From contig JBHIBG010000001.1 in assembly GCA_046758965.1 (NCBI GenBank), positions 1 to 64,000 of the forward strand: a stretch of DNA of 64,000 nt, written 5' to 3'. The translations under genes were made by a program, and so were the position numbers. The notes under the pieces were generated by a model. That model searched no databases. It was not told the origin of the DNA and saw only the letters and a list, made by a program, of their open reading frames with translations. This stretch comes from Candidatus Methylomirabilia bacterium. GTDB lineage: Bacteria; Methylomirabilota; Methylomirabilia; Rokubacteriales; CSP1-6. Position 1 is the first letter of the stretch. Each line of letters begins with the position of its first letter. Of the stretch, positions 61,919-64,000 are shown piece by piece.

Positions 61919-62947
61919 TTGAGATCGGGGGATCGGCCGAGCAAGACGATCGCCGCCCTCGTGGTGGCTTCGTGCTTGCTCTTTCCGCTCCCCGGTGTCG
62001 ATGGAGGAGCGCTGGCTGGCCCCGGGACCGCTATCAGCGTGGAGGTGATCCCCATCGAGTTGGATCCCGAGGCTCCCGGCCGCGAGGAGCTCGGTGCTCT
62101 CCGCTTTCTCAGCGGGTTTGAGCTGCGCTCGGCGGATCCGCGCTTCGGCGGGCTGTCAGGGCTGGAGTTGAGCGTCCAAGGCGATTCACTTTACGCGGTG
62201 TCTGACCACGGCTACTGGCTCTCGGCGAGGCTGCGCCACGATGCGACAGGCCGGCTGACGGGCCTCAGTGCGTGGGAGATCGCTCCCCTGCTGGCACCCG
62301 CCGGAGGCCCGCTTGTGAGTCGCCGGCTCCGCGACGCTGAGGCGCTGGTGCGGGACAGGGACGGCTCCTTCGTCGTCGCCTTCGAGCGCGCGCATCGTCT
62401 TTGGCGGTATCCGCCGGCCCCGGCCGCTCTCACCTCTCCGCCGCACTCCGTTGCCACTCCTGATGAGCTTGCGGGGGCGCCTGCCAATGGCGGAGTGGAG
62501 GCCGTGACGGTCCTCCGCGACGGGCGCCTTCTGGCGCTCACAGAAAAGTACGAGAACCCGGATGGAAGCCTGAAAGGCTGGCTCATCGAGAACGGCCGTT
62601 TTGCGTCCCTCTCGTACCTGCCCTCCGAAGGCTTCAGGCCGACCGACCTCGCGGCCCTGGCAAGCGGTGACGTGTTGCTGCTGGAGCGGCGCTATAGTCT
62701 GGTGGGCGGTCCTGCCGCACGCATCCGGCGGCTTCCGCGAGCCAGCCTGCGGGCCGGGACACAGCTCGGGGGCCCGGAGATCGCTCGGCTCGAGCTGCCG
62801 CTGGCGGTCGACAACTTTGAAGGGCTCGCGGTGCGAGAGGATCCTGAGGGGGGCACGCTTCTGTACCTGATTTCCGATGACAATTACGAATCGTATCAGC
62901 GGACGCTGCTCCTGCAGTTCCGCCTGGGCGCGAGAGGTGAAAACTGA
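61919..62947 (+). CDS. Esterase-like activity of phytase family, secreted
   Basis: Signal peptide; FGGLSGL, SDHG, DAEAL, NGGVEA, LLERRY, DNFEGL, ISDDNY..QRTLL. Confidence 0.88.
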   Translation: MRSGDRPSKTIAALVVASCLLFPLPGVDGGALAGPGTAISVEVIPIELDPEAPGREELGALRFLSGFELRSADPRFGGLSGLELSVQGDSLYAVSDHGYWLSARLRHDATGRLTGLSAWEIAPLLAPAGGPLVSRRLRDAEALVRDRDGSFVVAFERAHRLWRYPPAPAALTSPPHSVATPDELAGAPANGGVEAVTVLRDGRLLALTEKYENPDGSLKGWLIENGRFASLSYLPSEGFRPTDLAALASGDVLLLERRYSLVGGPAARIRRLPRASLRAGTQLGGPEIARLELPLAVDNFEGLAVREDPEGGTLLYLISDDNYESYQRTLLLQFRLGARGEN

Positions 62948-63058
62948 AACACGCCGGGAGAGGCCTGAAACTGGTGGTGGGACCTGCCGCACGAATGTGG
63001 TGACCAGCGGGAAGCGGAGCTGATACCATATCCAAAGCATGTGACCTGAAGGCCGACA

Positions 63059-63445
63059 GTGACCCAAACCTCACCGTCCAGGCTCAAAGTGCTCCTGATT
63101 GAGGACGATGCCGTGGTCCGCCAGGTGGTGGCTGACCTGCTCGGCATCCTGGGACATACGGTGCTCCAGGCCGCGGGGGGGCCAGAGGGCCTGGCGCGAC
63201 TGGAGGCGGGGGAGTCCGTGGACCTGGTGCTCACGGACCTCAGAATGCCGGAGATGAGCGGGTGGGACGTGGTCAAGGCGATCAAACTCCGGTGGTCGCA
63301 GCTCCCCATCGGCCTCATAACCGGGACTCCAGAAGCTCTGGCGCAAGGGCGGGAACTGGTTGACCTCGTGATCGGTAAGCCCGTGACGCTGGCTCGGCTT
63401 CGAGAGGCGATTAGCGGGGTTCGTCCGGTGGTTCCGCCAACCTAG
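63059..63445 (+). CDS. Single-domain response regulator
   Basis: IEDD, LTDL.MP.MSG, ITG, KP. Confidence 0.88.
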   Translation: MTQTSPSRLKVLLIEDDAVVRQVVADLLGILGHTVLQAAGGPEGLARLEAGESVDLVLTDLRMPEMSGWDVVKAIKLRWSQLPIGLITGTPEALAQGRELVDLVIGKPVTLARLREAISGVRPVVPPT

Positions 63446-63454
63446 CAGCTCTGG

Positions 63455-63880
63455 CTAATTCGGTGGGTCTCCTGCAGCTGCCCCCCGGGGTGTCTTCGGT
63501 GGACCCACACCGGCCCCGACCAGAGCGTCCAGGATTCGGTCTAGCTCTACCGGCTTTGCGAAGGTCGCGGCCACCTCGAACACTCCAGCCTCCTCAAGCA
63601 TTTCCAGGGCATTCAACACTCCGCTGATAACGATGACCACGATGTTGGGGTTGAGCCTCCTGATCTGCTCCAGCGTCGCAACGCCGCCGAGGCCGGGATG
63701 CAACAGGTCGAGGATGACTGCGTTGGGGGCTTCCTGCGCGATCTGCAAGAGCGCCTCCGTCCCATTCGTCGCCGTGCGCACGTCGAATCCACGTTCGGTG
63801 AAATACTCTTTCTGGATCTTGAGGAACTCCAGCTCGTCATCGACACACAGGATCGTTGGGATTCGGCTAGGATCTGTCAT
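63455..63880 (-). CDS. Single-domain response regulator
   Basis: VDDE, ILDL, ISG, AKP. Confidence 0.88.
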   Translation of the reverse strand: MTDPSRIPTILCVDDELEFLKIQKEYFTERGFDVRTATNGTEALLQIAQEAPNAVILDLLHPGLGGVATLEQIRRLNPNIVVIVISGVLNALEMLEEAGVFEVAATFAKPVELDRILDALVGAGVGPPKTPRGAAAGDPPN

Positions 63881-64000
63881 CTAACCAGCCTTAAAATCTA
63901 AGGTTTTTGAAAGCACGTCAAGCTTTTCCTGAGGTACCCTGCCTCCCCTCTGGGCGCGAGGGTAAGAGTTGTGAGACCCGGCAGGAGTCTAGGCGGCGCC

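Overview
High-GC bacterial chromosome segment from a diderm (LPS-making) organism. Gene content and order suggest a Rokubacteria/Methylomirabilota- or Deltaproteobacteria-like lineage; this is an unverified guess. Bases ~1.8-48 kb are mostly core genes, nearly all on the + strand: leuS-lptE-holA, rpsT, murJ, xerD, a tRNA nucleotidyltransferase, pyrG-kdsADC-lptCAB-rpoN-hpf-rapZ, PGI/PMI, metK-ahcY-UPF0182, fused lptF/G, valS, birA-coaX, guaB3-guaA and dnaE. The dnaE gene carries a 421-aa LAGLIDADG intein. Solitary membrane glycosyltransferase genes are inserted among the core genes. At 48-52 kb a SorC/CggR-type regulator is divergent from an unusual FBP aldolase/phosphatase homologue, and the two share a palindromic operator over overlapping promoters. 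A DUF151 gene and an orphan PaaA-like diiron gene follow. A dif-like XerCD site lies at 53272-53299, where gene orientation flips. Around and beyond it is an accessory region with several internally deleted pseudogenes and a secreted EEP-fold protein lacking catalytic residues. No rRNA, tRNA, CRISPR array or transposase was seen. All calls come from reading motifs by eye; no searches were run.
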